Notes: a model not told the origin generated them from the letters alone. A DNA stretch of 64,000 bases from an uncultured Verrucomicrobiae bacterium (GCA_963762565.1 CAVXLD010000013.1:96001-160000); one strand, 5' to 3'. Counted from the stretch's first letter, positions 30,043 through 40,252 are shown. Numbers and translations are program-made.

Positions 30043-30374
30043 TGATTAGTGATTAGTGAGTTACCGTCGGTAGCGGTCCGGCAGCCGCCGATGCGCGTCA
30101 AGATAAGGGCGCAGGCGTTGGCCGGCCCCTGACCGGGAGGGCGCGCGTCCTCGCGCGCCGCAAAGACGTGCCAAGCTTACAGACGTATTCCGATCACTCG
30201 ACTGACAAACACGCTCGCCTTCGGGAACAACGGATCGCGGGGACGCGATCCCTCCCAGCGCTGGGTCCGGCACGTGCCTGGCAGCTGCCGGGCCGCTACC
30301 GAGTTTGGTGCAGAGGACAATTTTGTTATTATTTTCGCCTTTCCTTTCCGATTTTGGGTTACAAATAGTGCGCT

Positions 30375-31502
30375 ATGACTTCGCTTAAATTCAGCACTGC
30401 TGCGGCGATCGGCGCGCTGCTGCTTGCCGGGAACGGCGCCGATAGCAGAGCAGATTCTCAAGCGCCGAGTGGAAGCCTTACCAAAATCCGGGTTGGCTAT
30501 ATCGGCATTACCTGTGAAGCCCCGATTTTCAGCGCCGTCGAAAACGGTTTTTTTAAAGAGGAAGGGTTGGATCCCGAACTCGTGAAGTGTGAATGGTCGA
30601 AATACAAGGATGTGCTCGCGTTGGGGGGGTTCGATATCACCCACCATCTAATCATGTATCTGCTGAAGCCGATCGAGCAGGGGTTGGATGTGAAGTTCAC
30701 TGCCGGTATCCATACGGGTTGTCTGCGAGTGCAAACGGCCGTCGATAGTAAGATCAAAACCGTGCCGGACCTGCGTGGGAAACGGATTGGTGTACCGGGA
30801 ATGGGGACGCCGCCGTTCATTTTTGCGATGCGAGTTCTAACCGCCAACGGGATTGATGGGAGCCGAGACGTTACTTGGACGGTTTACCCGTCCGGTGAGC
30901 TTGGTTTAGCACTGGAGAAAGGCCAAGTAGACGCCATAGCCGATTCCGAACCGATCGGTACTTTATTATTGGCTGATGGGAAGGTGCGGAATGTTGCTGA
31001 TCAAGCGACGGATGCTCCCTACAAGGATGAGTATTGCTGTGCGGTTGTAGTGAGAGGAAAGTTCCTGGCTGACAATCCGAAGGCGGCGGCAGCGGCTACC
31101 CGAGCATTGCTCAAAGGTGCTAAATGGGTGCAAGAGAATCCGGCGGCGGCAGCCCGGTTGTCAGTTGAGAAAAAGTATCTGGCCTCAAATCCTGAATTGA
31201 ACGCCCTGGCGCTCTCGCATCTGCGTTATGTTCCCAGTGTTTCGGGCGCTGAAGCTGCCATTAACTCCGCGGCTGTTCAGATGAAGGCTGCAGGGATGCT
31301 CAACCCGGAAACGGATGTTGCCGCGTTAGCGAAAAAAGCGTTCGTTCATTTGGATGGTGTGTCGGATGAATGGATCCAGAGTCTTCAGGTAAATAAGGTA
31401 GCGGGCGGTCAGGTACCGCCAGACGAGATCTACCGGGTCAGAGCCGAATTGGCTGGAAACGGGAGTCATCCGTCGCTCGCATCATGTTGTTCACCAGACT
31501 AG
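30375..31502 (+). CDS. ABC transporter substrate-binding protein (SsuA/TauA/NMT1-like)
   Basis: Signal peptide, GFFKEEGLD, DLRGKRIGV, ALEKGQVDA. Confidence 0.9.
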   Translation: MTSLKFSTAAAIGALLLAGNGADSRADSQAPSGSLTKIRVGYIGITCEAPIFSAVENGFFKEEGLDPELVKCEWSKYKDVLALGGFDITHHLIMYLLKPIEQGLDVKFTAGIHTGCLRVQTAVDSKIKTVPDLRGKRIGVPGMGTPPFIFAMRVLTANGIDGSRDVTWTVYPSGELGLALEKGQVDAIADSEPIGTLLLADGKVRNVADQATDAPYKDEYCCAVVVRGKFLADNPKAAAAATRALLKGAKWVQENPAAAARLSVEKKYLASNPELNALALSHLRYVPSVSGAEAAINSAAVQMKAAGMLNPETDVAALAKKAFVHLDGVSDEWIQSLQVNKVAGGQVPPDEIYRVRAELAGNGSHPSLASCCSPD

Positions 31503-31780
31503 TGCACCGTCTCGCATATAATGGTGACACCGTTGCGTTCAAAATGTGCCTGCGAGGCGCGAGGAGGGCGCATATGAATCGATACGTAACCGACGAGCAA
31601 CGAAGCAGCCAGCCCATTTTCAACGCAACCCTTCGGGCCGTGGCCAGTTGGCGGTTTTTCCGCGTTGCTCGCTCGACCCGTATGAATCAAGATATGGGCG
31701 CTTCGCTCGCGCCTTGAAAAACCGCCAACTGATCCGGCCGCTGCCGGACGGTGTCATCATTATATGCGAGACGGTGCACT
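31501..31780. mobile_element. MITE-like structured element, copy 1
   Basis: 33-bp terminal inverted repeats with 1 mismatch (agtgcaccgtctcgcatataatggtgacaccgt). Interior is homologous to 33655-33945 in inverted orientation. Confidence 0.75.
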
Positions 31781-31784
31781 TAAA

Positions 31785-32867
31785 GTGAAGGAATTAGCAG
31801 AGGCTAACGAGCCGGCTCAGACCAGCAGCGAGAATACGCAGCCGTCTAAGCCGCAGAAACGAGACGGGACAGATTTCGCGCCGTCGCTCCCCTTAGCTAT
31901 CTCGGCCGAGCGGCCTGCAGAGAAAATGCGGTGGCCGACTCTGTTGGCCGTGCCATTCGCGGGAGCAGTGGCGCTTGTCCTGCATGGATTCGCGAGCGCA
32001 AACGAGGCTCCGGCGGAAGCTCTTTTATATACCTATTTCTTGAGCGCAGTACTCGTTGCCGCGTTAATCGCTGCCGCCGTGCAACCGGTATGGTCTGGAC
32101 TGCGGAAATGGATGCGAGAGTCGTGTCCGCTGATTGCCGCCGCACTATTCTGCCTGGTGGCTTGGGAACTGGTGACTTCCCTGCTGCATTTGCTCCCTTT
32201 GCCCTACTTTCCAGGCCCAGCTGGGGTCTTATCAAGCCTGGTGAACGACAGAGACGTTCTTTTTGATAGCACGTGGCATTCGTTGGTCTTGCTTTTAGGC
32301 GGTTATACCGTGGGCGTGGTCGTCGGACTAGTCAGCGGAATCTGCATCGGATGGTTTCCTCATGCCCGCTATTGGGGAATGCCGATACTAAAGATCGTGG
32401 GCCCTATTCCCGCCACGGCCTGGATTCCTCTGGCAATGGTGATTTCTCCCTCGGCGCTGTTTTCCGCGATTGGCCTGATCGCATTAGCGGTTTGGTTTCC
32501 GGTGACGATGCTAACTGCATCCGGAATTTCCAATACCCGAGCTTCCTACCTTGATGTCGCCCGTACCTTGGGCGCCCGGCCAGTCTACTTAATCTTCAAT
32601 GTCGCTATTCCGGCGGCGATGCCGAGCATCTTTATCGGTCTCTTTATGGGGTTAGGAGCTTCGTTTCTGACATTGGTTGTCGCTGAGACTGTAGGCGTAA
32701 AATCCGGCCTCGGCTGGTATGTGAGTTGGGCGCAAGGATGGGCGGAGTACGGGAAGGTCTACGCGGCGCTACTCATTATGGCGGCGTTTTTCTCGACCAT
32801 TATGACGGCGCTGTTCAAGGTCCGTGATCGTGTGCTCGCCTGGCAAAAAGGGGTAATAAAATGGTAG
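31785..32867 (+). CDS. ABC transporter permease (SsuC/TauC-like)
   Basis: PIPATAWIP, YLDVARTLGA, VVAETVGVKSGLG. GTG start inferred just after the element. Confidence 0.92.
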   Translation: MKELAEANEPAQTSSENTQPSKPQKRDGTDFAPSLPLAISAERPAEKMRWPTLLAVPFAGAVALVLHGFASANEAPAEALLYTYFLSAVLVAALIAAAVQPVWSGLRKWMRESCPLIAAALFCLVAWELVTSLLHLLPLPYFPGPAGVLSSLVNDRDVLFDSTWHSLVLLLGGYTVGVVVGLVSGICIGWFPHARYWGMPILKIVGPIPATAWIPLAMVISPSALFSAIGLIALAVWFPVTMLTASGISNTRASYLDVARTLGARPVYLIFNVAIPAAMPSIFIGLFMGLGASFLTLVVAETVGVKSGLGWYVSWAQGWAEYGKVYAALLIMAAFFSTIMTALFKVRDRVLAWQKGVIKW

Positions 32868-33655
32868 CAACACAGGTCAGCGGCGTTGTTAAAGAGGGCT
32901 CTTCGTTACATGTGACCAACGTGACGAAAGATTTCGCCGCCAAGGACCGCACGAATCAGCGCACTCTCGCTCTGGATCAGGTCTCATTTTCTGTCGGTGC
33001 CGGCGAGTTCGTTTCTATCATTGGACCGAGCGCGTGCGGTAAGTCTACCCTGCTACGCTTGATCGCCGGGCTCGATTTTCCTAGCACCGGTGAACTCCGC
33101 GTGGGCCCCGAGGTAATCAGCGGTGCAAACGCCGAGCGTGGACTTGTTTTTCAAGATCCGAACTTATTCCCCTGGCTAACAGTCCGGCGAAACATCCGAT
33201 CTGGTCTAGTGGCCCTCGGTGTAGTCCGCGAGAAAAACCACGAAGTCGATGAATTTATTCGCTTGGTAGGGCTCGAAGGTTTTGCTGATGTCTATCCTCA
33301 TCATCTTTCCGGTGGGATGGCTCAGCGGGTTGCGTTAGCCCGGGCTCTAATCACGCATCCCAAAGTTCTTCTGCTGGACGAGCCCCTCGGCGCACTTGAT
33401 GCGTTCACTCGGATGCAGATGCAGGATGAAATGTTACGCCTGTGGCAAGCGCGCCTCACCACGATGCTCCTGGTCACTCATGATATCGATGAAGCGATCT
33501 ATATGAGCGATCGTATCCTCATGATGACCCCGCGCCCTGGCCGGATCGATCGCGTGATCTCGTTGGATATGGAGCGTCCTAGAGACCGGAGCCACCCGGA
33601 TTTTCTGCGTCTCCGCAGCGAGATCCTTCAACTGCTCGATTTTGGCCGGCGTTAG
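32861..33655 (+). CDS. ABC transporter ATP-binding protein (SsuB/TauB-like)
   Basis: GPSACGKST, LSGGMAQR, LLLDEP, VTHD. Confidence 0.95.
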   Translation: MVATQVSGVVKEGSSLHVTNVTKDFAAKDRTNQRTLALDQVSFSVGAGEFVSIIGPSACGKSTLLRLIAGLDFPSTGELRVGPEVISGANAERGLVFQDPNLFPWLTVRRNIRSGLVALGVVREKNHEVDEFIRLVGLEGFADVYPHHLSGGMAQRVALARALITHPKVLLLDEPLGALDAFTRMQMQDEMLRLWQARLTTMLLVTHDIDEAIYMSDRILMMTPRPGRIDRVISLDMERPRDRSHPDFLRLRSEILQLLDFGRR

Positions 33656-33945
33656 TGTCCTGTCCCATAAATAACGTGGCTTTCGCCGTCGGTCAGTTGG
33701 CTGTTTTTCAAGGCGCGAGCGAAGCGCCCATATCTGGTTCATACGGGTCGAGCGAGCAACGCAGAAAAACAGCCAACTGGCCACGGCCCGGAGGGTTGCG
33801 ATGAAAATGGGCCGGCGGCTGCGTTGCTCGTCGGTTACGTATCAATCTAGATATGCGCCCTCCTACCGCCAGTCCGGCTCGGACCGCCTTGCCGGCGGCC
33901 CATTTTGATCGCAACGAAAGCCACGCTATTTATGGGACAGGACAC
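33655..33945. mobile_element. MITE-like structured element, copy 2 (inverted)
   Basis: 31-bp terminal inverted repeats with 1 mismatch (gtgtcctgtcccataaataacgtggctttcg). Confidence 0.75.
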
Positions 33946-33951
33946 CAAGGA

Positions 33952-34899
33952 ATGAGCAAAAAGAACTCCGGCGACGGAGAGATTGCACTCGCGACAGGCC
34001 CAGGCCCAATAGTCGCTGGTGTGCCGCCTGAATTGATGGCGATCGGTTCAATGCTGTGTGTCCAGCTCGGTGCAGCGCTGGCTGTGCCGGTAATGGCCGC
34101 TATCGGACCCGCAACCACAACCGCACTACGGCTTCTTTGGGCCGGGATAGTGTTGGCTTTCTTCGTGAGGCCACGCTTCAGCCGTATGACCCGCGACCAA
34201 TGGCTCAGCGGCGCGGGCTTAGGAGTCGTGATTGCAATGATGACACTCTGTTACTTTGTTGCCATTTCCCGCATCCCGATGGGTCCGGCGACTGCAATCG
34301 AATTCCTTGGACCTTTAGGGGTCGCTTTGATCGGCGCCCGCAGGCCCTTGCATTTGGTGCTGGCGATCGTTGCCGCCGTCGGCGTGTTTCTTTTGACTCG
34401 GGAAAATTCGCACTGGAGCGTCGATGCGGCCGGAGTCGGTTTTGCAGTGGCCGCCGCGTTAGGGTGGGCATCCTATATCCTGCTCATGAAGAGAGTAGGG
34501 GCTTCTTTCCAGGGATTGCAAGGCCTAGCGGTCGCGCTATTGGTCGCTGCTGTTGCTGCGACCCCAGTGAGCTTTTTTGTAAGGCGCGATGTTCTCGCGC
34601 TTGGGCCGCTAGTGTCTACCATCGGCTTGGCTATGCTTACGCCGCTACTCCCGTACGCCCTCGAGTTGATGGCGCTCCGCAAGATGAGCACCCGGGCATT
34701 CGGGATTTTCATGAGCATGGAACCCGCCATCTCTGCCGTACTTGGTTATCTTATTCTGTCCCAGCGCCTGAGCCTGCGGCAGATCAGCGGTATCGGTTGC
34801 GTGGTAGTCGCCAGCGCGATCACCGCGTTCAGAAACAAGGAGGAGTTAGAGGTTCGGAAAGAGAATCGCAGCGTTCACGGCGATCTCGGCGCTTCTTGA
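33952..34899 (+). CDS. EamA/DMT family transporter (RhtA-like)
   Basis: VQLGAALA, AIEFLGPL, LPYALELMAL, FMSMEPA. Start placed after the repeat element. Confidence 0.9.
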   Translation: MSKKNSGDGEIALATGPGPIVAGVPPELMAIGSMLCVQLGAALAVPVMAAIGPATTTALRLLWAGIVLAFFVRPRFSRMTRDQWLSGAGLGVVIAMMTLCYFVAISRIPMGPATAIEFLGPLGVALIGARRPLHLVLAIVAAVGVFLLTRENSHWSVDAAGVGFAVAAALGWASYILLMKRVGASFQGLQGLAVALLVAAVAATPVSFFVRRDVLALGPLVSTIGLAMLTPLLPYALELMALRKMSTRAFGIFMSMEPAISAVLGYLILSQRLSLRQISGIGCVVVASAITAFRNKEELEVRKENRSVHGDLGAS

Positions 34900-34966
34900 G
34901 ACCGAAATCTGCGTAAATCTGCGTCCATCCGCCTCCGCAAAGCCTGCGGCGCGACAGGTTCTGCGG

Positions 34967-35500
34967 TTAAGGCCTTTCTAGCGTTTCCGCCAACAAACTC
35001 TCCAGATTCAGCGCCCGGGTGAAAATATGTAGCCGGCCATCTGGAAGATGTGGCCATTGTTCGCGAGGGCGATCCCAGCAGAGCTCCACGCCATTTTGGT
35101 CGGGATCGCGCAAATAAAGAGCTTCACTCACCCCGTGATCAGAGGCTCCGTCGAGCTGAACACCGGCATCCATCAAACGCTGGAGCGCATCGCTCAACTC
35201 GGCACGCGTGGGATAAAGAATGGCCAAGTGATAAAGCCCCGTCGTTCCTGGTGGAGGCGGGGAACCACCACGGCTTTCCCAAGCATTAAGACCGATGTGA
35301 TGATGATAGCCACCCGCCGAAATGAACGCAGCTTCGTCGCCAAAACGGGCGACTAGTTCAAACCCAAGCACCCCACAATAGAATCCAAGCGCTCGCTCAA
35401 TATTGGCGACCTTCAAGTGTACGTGGCCGATACGCACATCTTGGCTAATAGGTCTGTCGCGGTTGTCAGGATGCTTGAAGTCGTCTTGCTTTGTTTCCAT
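34967..35500 (-). CDS. VOC/glyoxalase family protein (CatE-like)
   Basis: IGHVHLKV, GGYHHHIGLN, GLYHLAIL, DHGVSEALYLRDPDQNGVEL. Confidence 0.92.
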   Translation of the reverse strand: METKQDDFKHPDNRDRPISQDVRIGHVHLKVANIERALGFYCGVLGFELVARFGDEAAFISAGGYHHHIGLNAWESRGGSPPPPGTTGLYHLAILYPTRAELSDALQRLMDAGVQLDGASDHGVSEALYLRDPDQNGVELCWDRPREQWPHLPDGRLHIFTRALNLESLLAETLERP

Positions 35501-35584
35501 TTCTCAGGGGAGTCCGCGCTTGGTTTTGTAGCGCCGCATTCTATGGTTGCTTAATGACGGACTTGCCCTAACGGATTGTGTAAA

Positions 35585-35940
35585 ATGATCCCCCAGAACA
35601 TTCCCCTCTGCATTCGTTTTCTTTGCGGTCTGATGGCGATGTCATCGGTCGCTCGTTCGGATGCCGCGCAGCAAACCGCGGCAGCGACTCCGGCCTCAAC
35701 TGGGTTTGTCGACGTAGATGGAGGCAAGCTCTACTACGAAGAGTCGGGTCAAGGCGCTCAAACCGTGGTTCTGCTTCATGACGGAGTAGTCGACTCAGCG
35801 GTTTGGAATGAGGTCTGGCCGGAGTGGGCCACCTTCTGTACCTGGAGAAGCCGGCGGAGTTTGCTCGGCTGGCTATCAATTTTCTAGAGACTAACCAAGC
35901 GAGTGAGCCGCGTGAGGAAATGAGAAGCCGGGGCGATTGA
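35585..35940 (+). pseudogene. Internally deleted alpha/beta hydrolase
   Basis: N-terminus (LYYEESGQG...VVLLHDG...VWNEVWPE) joins at about 35820 to an out-of-frame C-terminus (GVGHLLYLEKPAEFARLAINFL). Confidence 0.75.
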
Positions 35941-35952
35941 TTTGCGGGGCCT

Positions 35953-36177
35953 AAGATCTGGAGGGGAGCCGCTTTGTAAGTCGGCAGCTCCATCGGATAG
36001 CAGCAGGCGGCTCCCGGAATTACCCAGCGTTTGCCAAGCTGCGGGAGCGCCCTTTATAACAGGCACCGATTTGCGAGGCTGCCACAGAACTGCCTAGATA
36101 CGGGGCCGTGCTCGGGAGCCGCCTGCTGCCAACTTACAGAGCTGCCAACTTACAAAGCGGCTCCCCTCCAGATCTTG
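35953..36177. repeat. Palindromic element of about 210 bp with ggaggggagccgc termini
   Basis: Long terminal inverted repeat. Second copy at 40900-41109, shorter version at 13469-13555, single arms at about 17485 and 26218. Confidence 0.85.
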
Positions 36178-36266
36178 GGCTCCGCGGCCACTCCAATACT
36201 GTGTCGCAAGGAGCGCGCGCAACCAACTCTGGTGCACGCCACGAACTCCCTTCAAGAATTCTGCCT

Positions 36267-36401
36267 ATGCCACGGAAAACCACAGTCAAAAAGGCCCGCA
36301 GAGCTCAGCACCAAGGGAAAGCCGCCGCGGCACGTAGGAGAACGGGTGCGACTGGGAAGACTCGATCTTCGGCGCGAAATGGAGCGCGTCGGACTAGATG
36401 A
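36267..36401 (+). CDS. Small Arg/Lys-rich peptide, possibly a remnant of a basic DNA-binding protein
   Basis: MPRKTTVKKARRAQHQGKAAAARRRTG... Confidence 0.35.
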   Translation: MPRKTTVKKARRAQHQGKAAAARRRTGATGKTRSSARNGARRTR

Positions 36402-36486
36402 ACTAAAGACTAGTTCTCGCGATAGTTTGGTCGGAGGCGATTGCTCCGGCGCCTAATCCTTTTGTTGGCGGCTCGGTCCTTGGAAC

Positions 36487-36771
36487 TCAGTCCGTCATAG
36501 AAACGGTTCTGACCTGTTTCTTTGTTAGCTCTTGTTTCCTAGCGAGCCGCTTGGCCTCTGCCTTTTGCCCAGCGATATGCCGATGGTGCTCCGTTGCTCT
36601 GTGGCGGATGAAATCAGTTTGAGTCTGGATAATCCGCTTGGTCGCATCGTCCTCACCCAGAGCGAAGCTTGCCGATTCAAGAAATAACATACAGACCGAC
36701 ACCGACAGGCATTGGAAAATCGGGCGATTCACAACGACCCAAACTGTAATTCCAACCCAGTTTGACAGCAA
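36487..36771 (-). CDS. Small hypothetical exported protein (start uncertain)
   Basis: Signal-like stretch followed by a charged helical tail. Confidence 0.35.
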   Translation of the reverse strand: MLSNWVGITVWVVVNRPIFQCLSVSVCMLFLESASFALGEDDATKRIIQTQTDFIRHRATEHHRHIAGQKAEAKRLARKQELTKKQVRTVSMTD

Positions 36772-36814
36772 GTTCGTTCTGGTTAGTGCGGTTTAGTAAT
36801 TCAGACATTGCCCA

Positions 36815-39800
36815 ATGCCAAGTTGTTTGGTACTAAAAATGTTTGTGCAATTCTCAGACCCTTCTTTGGTGAGTTTCTTTTCACCTAAGCATTGGCTGTC
36901 TGGCGTTGGCCTGTTGTTGATTGGGGCAACGACTTTGTACGGCCAAGATTCCTGGCAAGGACCGGTGGGCGCAAGTGGTGATTGGTTCACAGGCACCAAT
37001 TGGACAAGTGGTGTCCCCATGACTGGGGTTGATGCCACGGTCAACAACGGGGGAACAGCGCAGATCCCGCGAGGAACGGCAACGGTGGGTACTCTCACAA
37101 TTGGGGATTCGGTTGCCGGTAGCACCGTTCAATTGATTGGTGGCGACCTCAACGCCACCACCGTAACAGTTGGACCGCAAGGGACGTTTGAATTCAGCGG
37201 CGGTTTACTAAGCGTGTCTTCAAGTTTCGTGGATGACGGCGGAACCGTCTTATTTAATACGGCGCCCGTCCAGCACCTTTCTGGTCTTTCCGGCTTTGGC
37301 CAGCTAATTATTGATGGGATCGCCTTAACCCTAAATGGGGACAACACGTTTACTGGCGAAACAATCATCAGCCAAGGAGGATCGCTCCAGATTGGTACCG
37401 GTGGAACAATCGGGAGTATTTCGGGAAACATCGACAACAGCGGAACGGTGATTTTTGATCGCAGCGACGTGCTAACGTTTGCCGGGGTCATCAGCGGCAC
37501 GGGGAATGTCACTCAGATCGGGACCGGGACGACAGTCCTGACCGGCAACGATACCTACACCGGAGGCACGACCATCAGCGCTGGCACACTTCAGCTTGGC
37601 AATGGTGGAACCACAGGAAGCATAACCGGGAATGTTATCGACAATGGAACTCTGGCTTTTGACCGGAGCAACACGTTGACGTTGGCGGGGAGCATCACAG
37701 GTACCGGCGACGTCGTCCAAGCCGGGACCGGGACAACCGTCCTGACCGGCAGCAACACCTACACCGGAGGCACGACGATCAGCGCTGGCACATTGCAAAT
37801 TGGTGATGGCGGGACGACGGGAAACATCGCCGGAAATGTCACCGATAATGGCGTCCTGGTCTTCGATAGAAGCGACTCTGTCACTTTTGCCGGGTTGATC
37901 AGTGGTAAGGGCAGGGTTGAACAAATTGGGACCGGGACGACGGTTCTGATCGCAGACAACACCTATAGCGGCGGAACAACCATCAGCGCGGGTACACTCC
38001 AGCTGGGCAATGGTGGAACCAGCGGCAGCATCACCGGCAATGTCGTCGATGATGGGGCATTAGCCTTTGACCGCAGCGACGTCGTTACTTTTGGCGGGCT
38101 GATCAGCGGCACCGGCGGCGTCCAACAAATTGGGACAGGAACGACCGTTCTGACCGCAGACAACACCTACACTGGCGAAACCATCATCAGCGCCGGCACA
38201 CTTCAGCTAGGCAACGGTGGAACCGCCGGCGGTATCGTCGGCAATGTTATCAATAACGGAATCTTACTCTTTGATCGCAGCAACGCTTTCACCTTCTCGG
38301 GGACAATCAGCGGCAGGGGCAGGGTTGAACAAATTGGGACCGGGATGACGGTTCTGATCGCAGACAACACCTACAGCGGCGGAACGACCATCAATGCGGG
38401 AACACTTCAACTGGGCAACGGTGGAACGACCGGCAGCATCGTTGGGAATGTCACCGATAACGGAACATTAGCCTTTGATCGCAGCGATAGTTCAACTTTC
38501 AGCGGATTGATCAGTGGTACGGGAGGCGTCGAACAAATTGGGACTGGCTCAACCGTTCTGACCGCGGCAAACACCTATACTGGGCAGACGACGGTGGACG
38601 ACGGAAGCTTGATTGTCGATGGGTCAATCGCGAGTCCGGAGACGGTGGTCAATCCGGGCGGCACACTGGCGGGAACAGGTTTAATTGGGGGCAACCTAGT
38701 CAACAACGGAATCGTTAGCCCAGGCAACCCTATCGGGACCTTGACGATTTCCGGTAACTACGTCCAGAACTCGAGTGGAACATTACGCATCGGAGTTAGT
38801 GGCACTGCCCCTGGCCAGTTTGGCGTATTAGCAGTCAACGGCCATGCCACCCTTGGCGGGACCCTTCAACTCGTTCCCGTCAACGGGTTTCTACTGGCCG
38901 TTGGAAACAAGCTCACTTTCCTAACTGCAGTCGGTGGTGTGAGTGGGACATTCAGCTCGATTCAAAACCCATTCATGAGCAATACCGCCGTCGCAGCGGA
39001 ATTCATCGTGCTACCGGACGCGGTCGTGGTCGAAGGGACGCAAGGCTCGTTTGTGTCGATACTGCAGTCGTTGGGACCTACCGTCACACCGAACGACTTG
39101 GCCGTCGCAAAAGCACTCGACAGCGCGAGGGGTGACCCCAGGGAAGCGGCGCTGTTTGCGTTCCTTAACAGCCAGCCTATCGCTAACCTGCCTCATGACC
39201 TTAGCTTGATCGCGCCGACTCAGATCAGTTCAATAAACGCCGCCGTCTCAGTGGGAAAGGTCCAGACCTCCAACATTGGACAGCGCATGGCCAACATCCA
39301 TGCGGGCAGTACCGGCTTCAGCTCTTCTGGATTCACGTTAAACGGCGACGCTCCAGCTTTTGGCAACGGTTTAGCAGGGGAGACAGGGGCTGAGGGCAAG
39401 AGTGGGCCATCGGTCCTGGCCCCGATCCCAGAAAATCGTTGGGGCTTTTTTGTGACCGGACTCGGCGAGTTCACCAACGTTGACAGTACTCCGAACGCAA
39501 ACGGATATGACGTTAATACTGGCGGTATTACCCTTGGCGTAGACTACCGCGTGACTCCCTACTTCGCCGTGGGGTTGTTAGGAGGTTATGCTCATAACAA
39601 CGTCAGTCTGGTTGGCGGGGGTAATATTGACGTGAATGGCGGGACATTCGGCGCCTACGCTACACTTTTTGGTAATGGCTTTTACTTGGATGCTGCGATC
39701 ACCGGTGGGCCCAGCGGATACGACACGCACCGGACAGCGCTTCAGGGGAGCGCCAGCGGCAGCACTGAGGGCGCAGACCTCAATGTGGTAGTGTCGGCAG

Positions 39801-40252
39801 GCTACGATTGGAAATATGGGAACCTCAGCATCGGTCCGACGGCGAGCTTCGAATTTGGCTATGTCGATCTCGATGCCTTTAGCGAGACCGGTTCACTGGC
39901 TCCGCTGAAGTTCCCGGATCAGAATACCGAATCGGAGACTACGGCTTTTGGCGCCAAAGCCATGTACGAATGGAAGATAGGTAAGGTGACCCTAATCCCT
40001 CAAGTCAGCGCGGCCTGGCAACACGAGTACGGATCCGTGGCATACCAAGTCATTGCAGGTTTCGCCAGCGGTGCAGGTACAAACTTTACAGTTAATGGGC
40101 CTGAGATCGGCCGCGATAGCCTGTTAATCGGGGCTGGTGTCTCGATGATCTGGAGCGACCGCTTTTCCACCTATGTTTTCTATGATGGCGATGTCGCCCG
40201 CACCAATTACGATTCTCACACCGTCACCGGCGGCGTCCGGATAACTTTTTGA
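36815..40252 (+). CDS. Autotransporter with passenger-associated beta-strand repeats
   Basis: Six roughly 69-aa repeats (NTYxGxTTISAGTLQLG...FDRS...GTGTTVL) and a C-terminal beta-barrel ending GVRITF. True start may be slightly downstream. Confidence 0.95.
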   Translation: MPSCLVLKMFVQFSDPSLVSFFSPKHWLSGVGLLLIGATTLYGQDSWQGPVGASGDWFTGTNWTSGVPMTGVDATVNNGGTAQIPRGTATVGTLTIGDSVAGSTVQLIGGDLNATTVTVGPQGTFEFSGGLLSVSSSFVDDGGTVLFNTAPVQHLSGLSGFGQLIIDGIALTLNGDNTFTGETIISQGGSLQIGTGGTIGSISGNIDNSGTVIFDRSDVLTFAGVISGTGNVTQIGTGTTVLTGNDTYTGGTTISAGTLQLGNGGTTGSITGNVIDNGTLAFDRSNTLTLAGSITGTGDVVQAGTGTTVLTGSNTYTGGTTISAGTLQIGDGGTTGNIAGNVTDNGVLVFDRSDSVTFAGLISGKGRVEQIGTGTTVLIADNTYSGGTTISAGTLQLGNGGTSGSITGNVVDDGALAFDRSDVVTFGGLISGTGGVQQIGTGTTVLTADNTYTGETIISAGTLQLGNGGTAGGIVGNVINNGILLFDRSNAFTFSGTISGRGRVEQIGTGMTVLIADNTYSGGTTINAGTLQLGNGGTTGSIVGNVTDNGTLAFDRSDSSTFSGLISGTGGVEQIGTGSTVLTAANTYTGQTTVDDGSLIVDGSIASPETVVNPGGTLAGTGLIGGNLVNNGIVSPGNPIGTLTISGNYVQNSSGTLRIGVSGTAPGQFGVLAVNGHATLGGTLQLVPVNGFLLAVGNKLTFLTAVGGVSGTFSSIQNPFMSNTAVAAEFIVLPDAVVVEGTQGSFVSILQSLGPTVTPNDLAVAKALDSARGDPREAALFAFLNSQPIANLPHDLSLIAPTQISSINAAVSVGKVQTSNIGQRMANIHAGSTGFSSSGFTLNGDAPAFGNGLAGETGAEGKSGPSVLAPIPENRWGFFVTGLGEFTNVDSTPNANGYDVNTGGITLGVDYRVTPYFAVGLLGGYAHNNVSLVGGGNIDVNGGTFGAYATLFGNGFYLDAAITGGPSGYDTHRTALQGSASGSTEGADLNVVVSAGYDWKYGNLSIGPTASFEFGYVDLDAFSETGSLAPLKFPDQNTESETTAFGAKAMYEWKIGKVTLIPQVSAAWQHEYGSVAYQVIAGFASGAGTNFTVNGPEIGRDSLLIGAGVSMIWSDRFSTYVFYDGDVARTNYDSHTVTGGVRITF

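Noticed and set aside
34056..34916. 286-aa alternative-frame ORF over the EamA gene (also 22076-22888 over the RDD gene)
   Set aside because: Arg/Pro/Ser-rich frame shadows typical of GC-rich genes, with no recognisable motifs.
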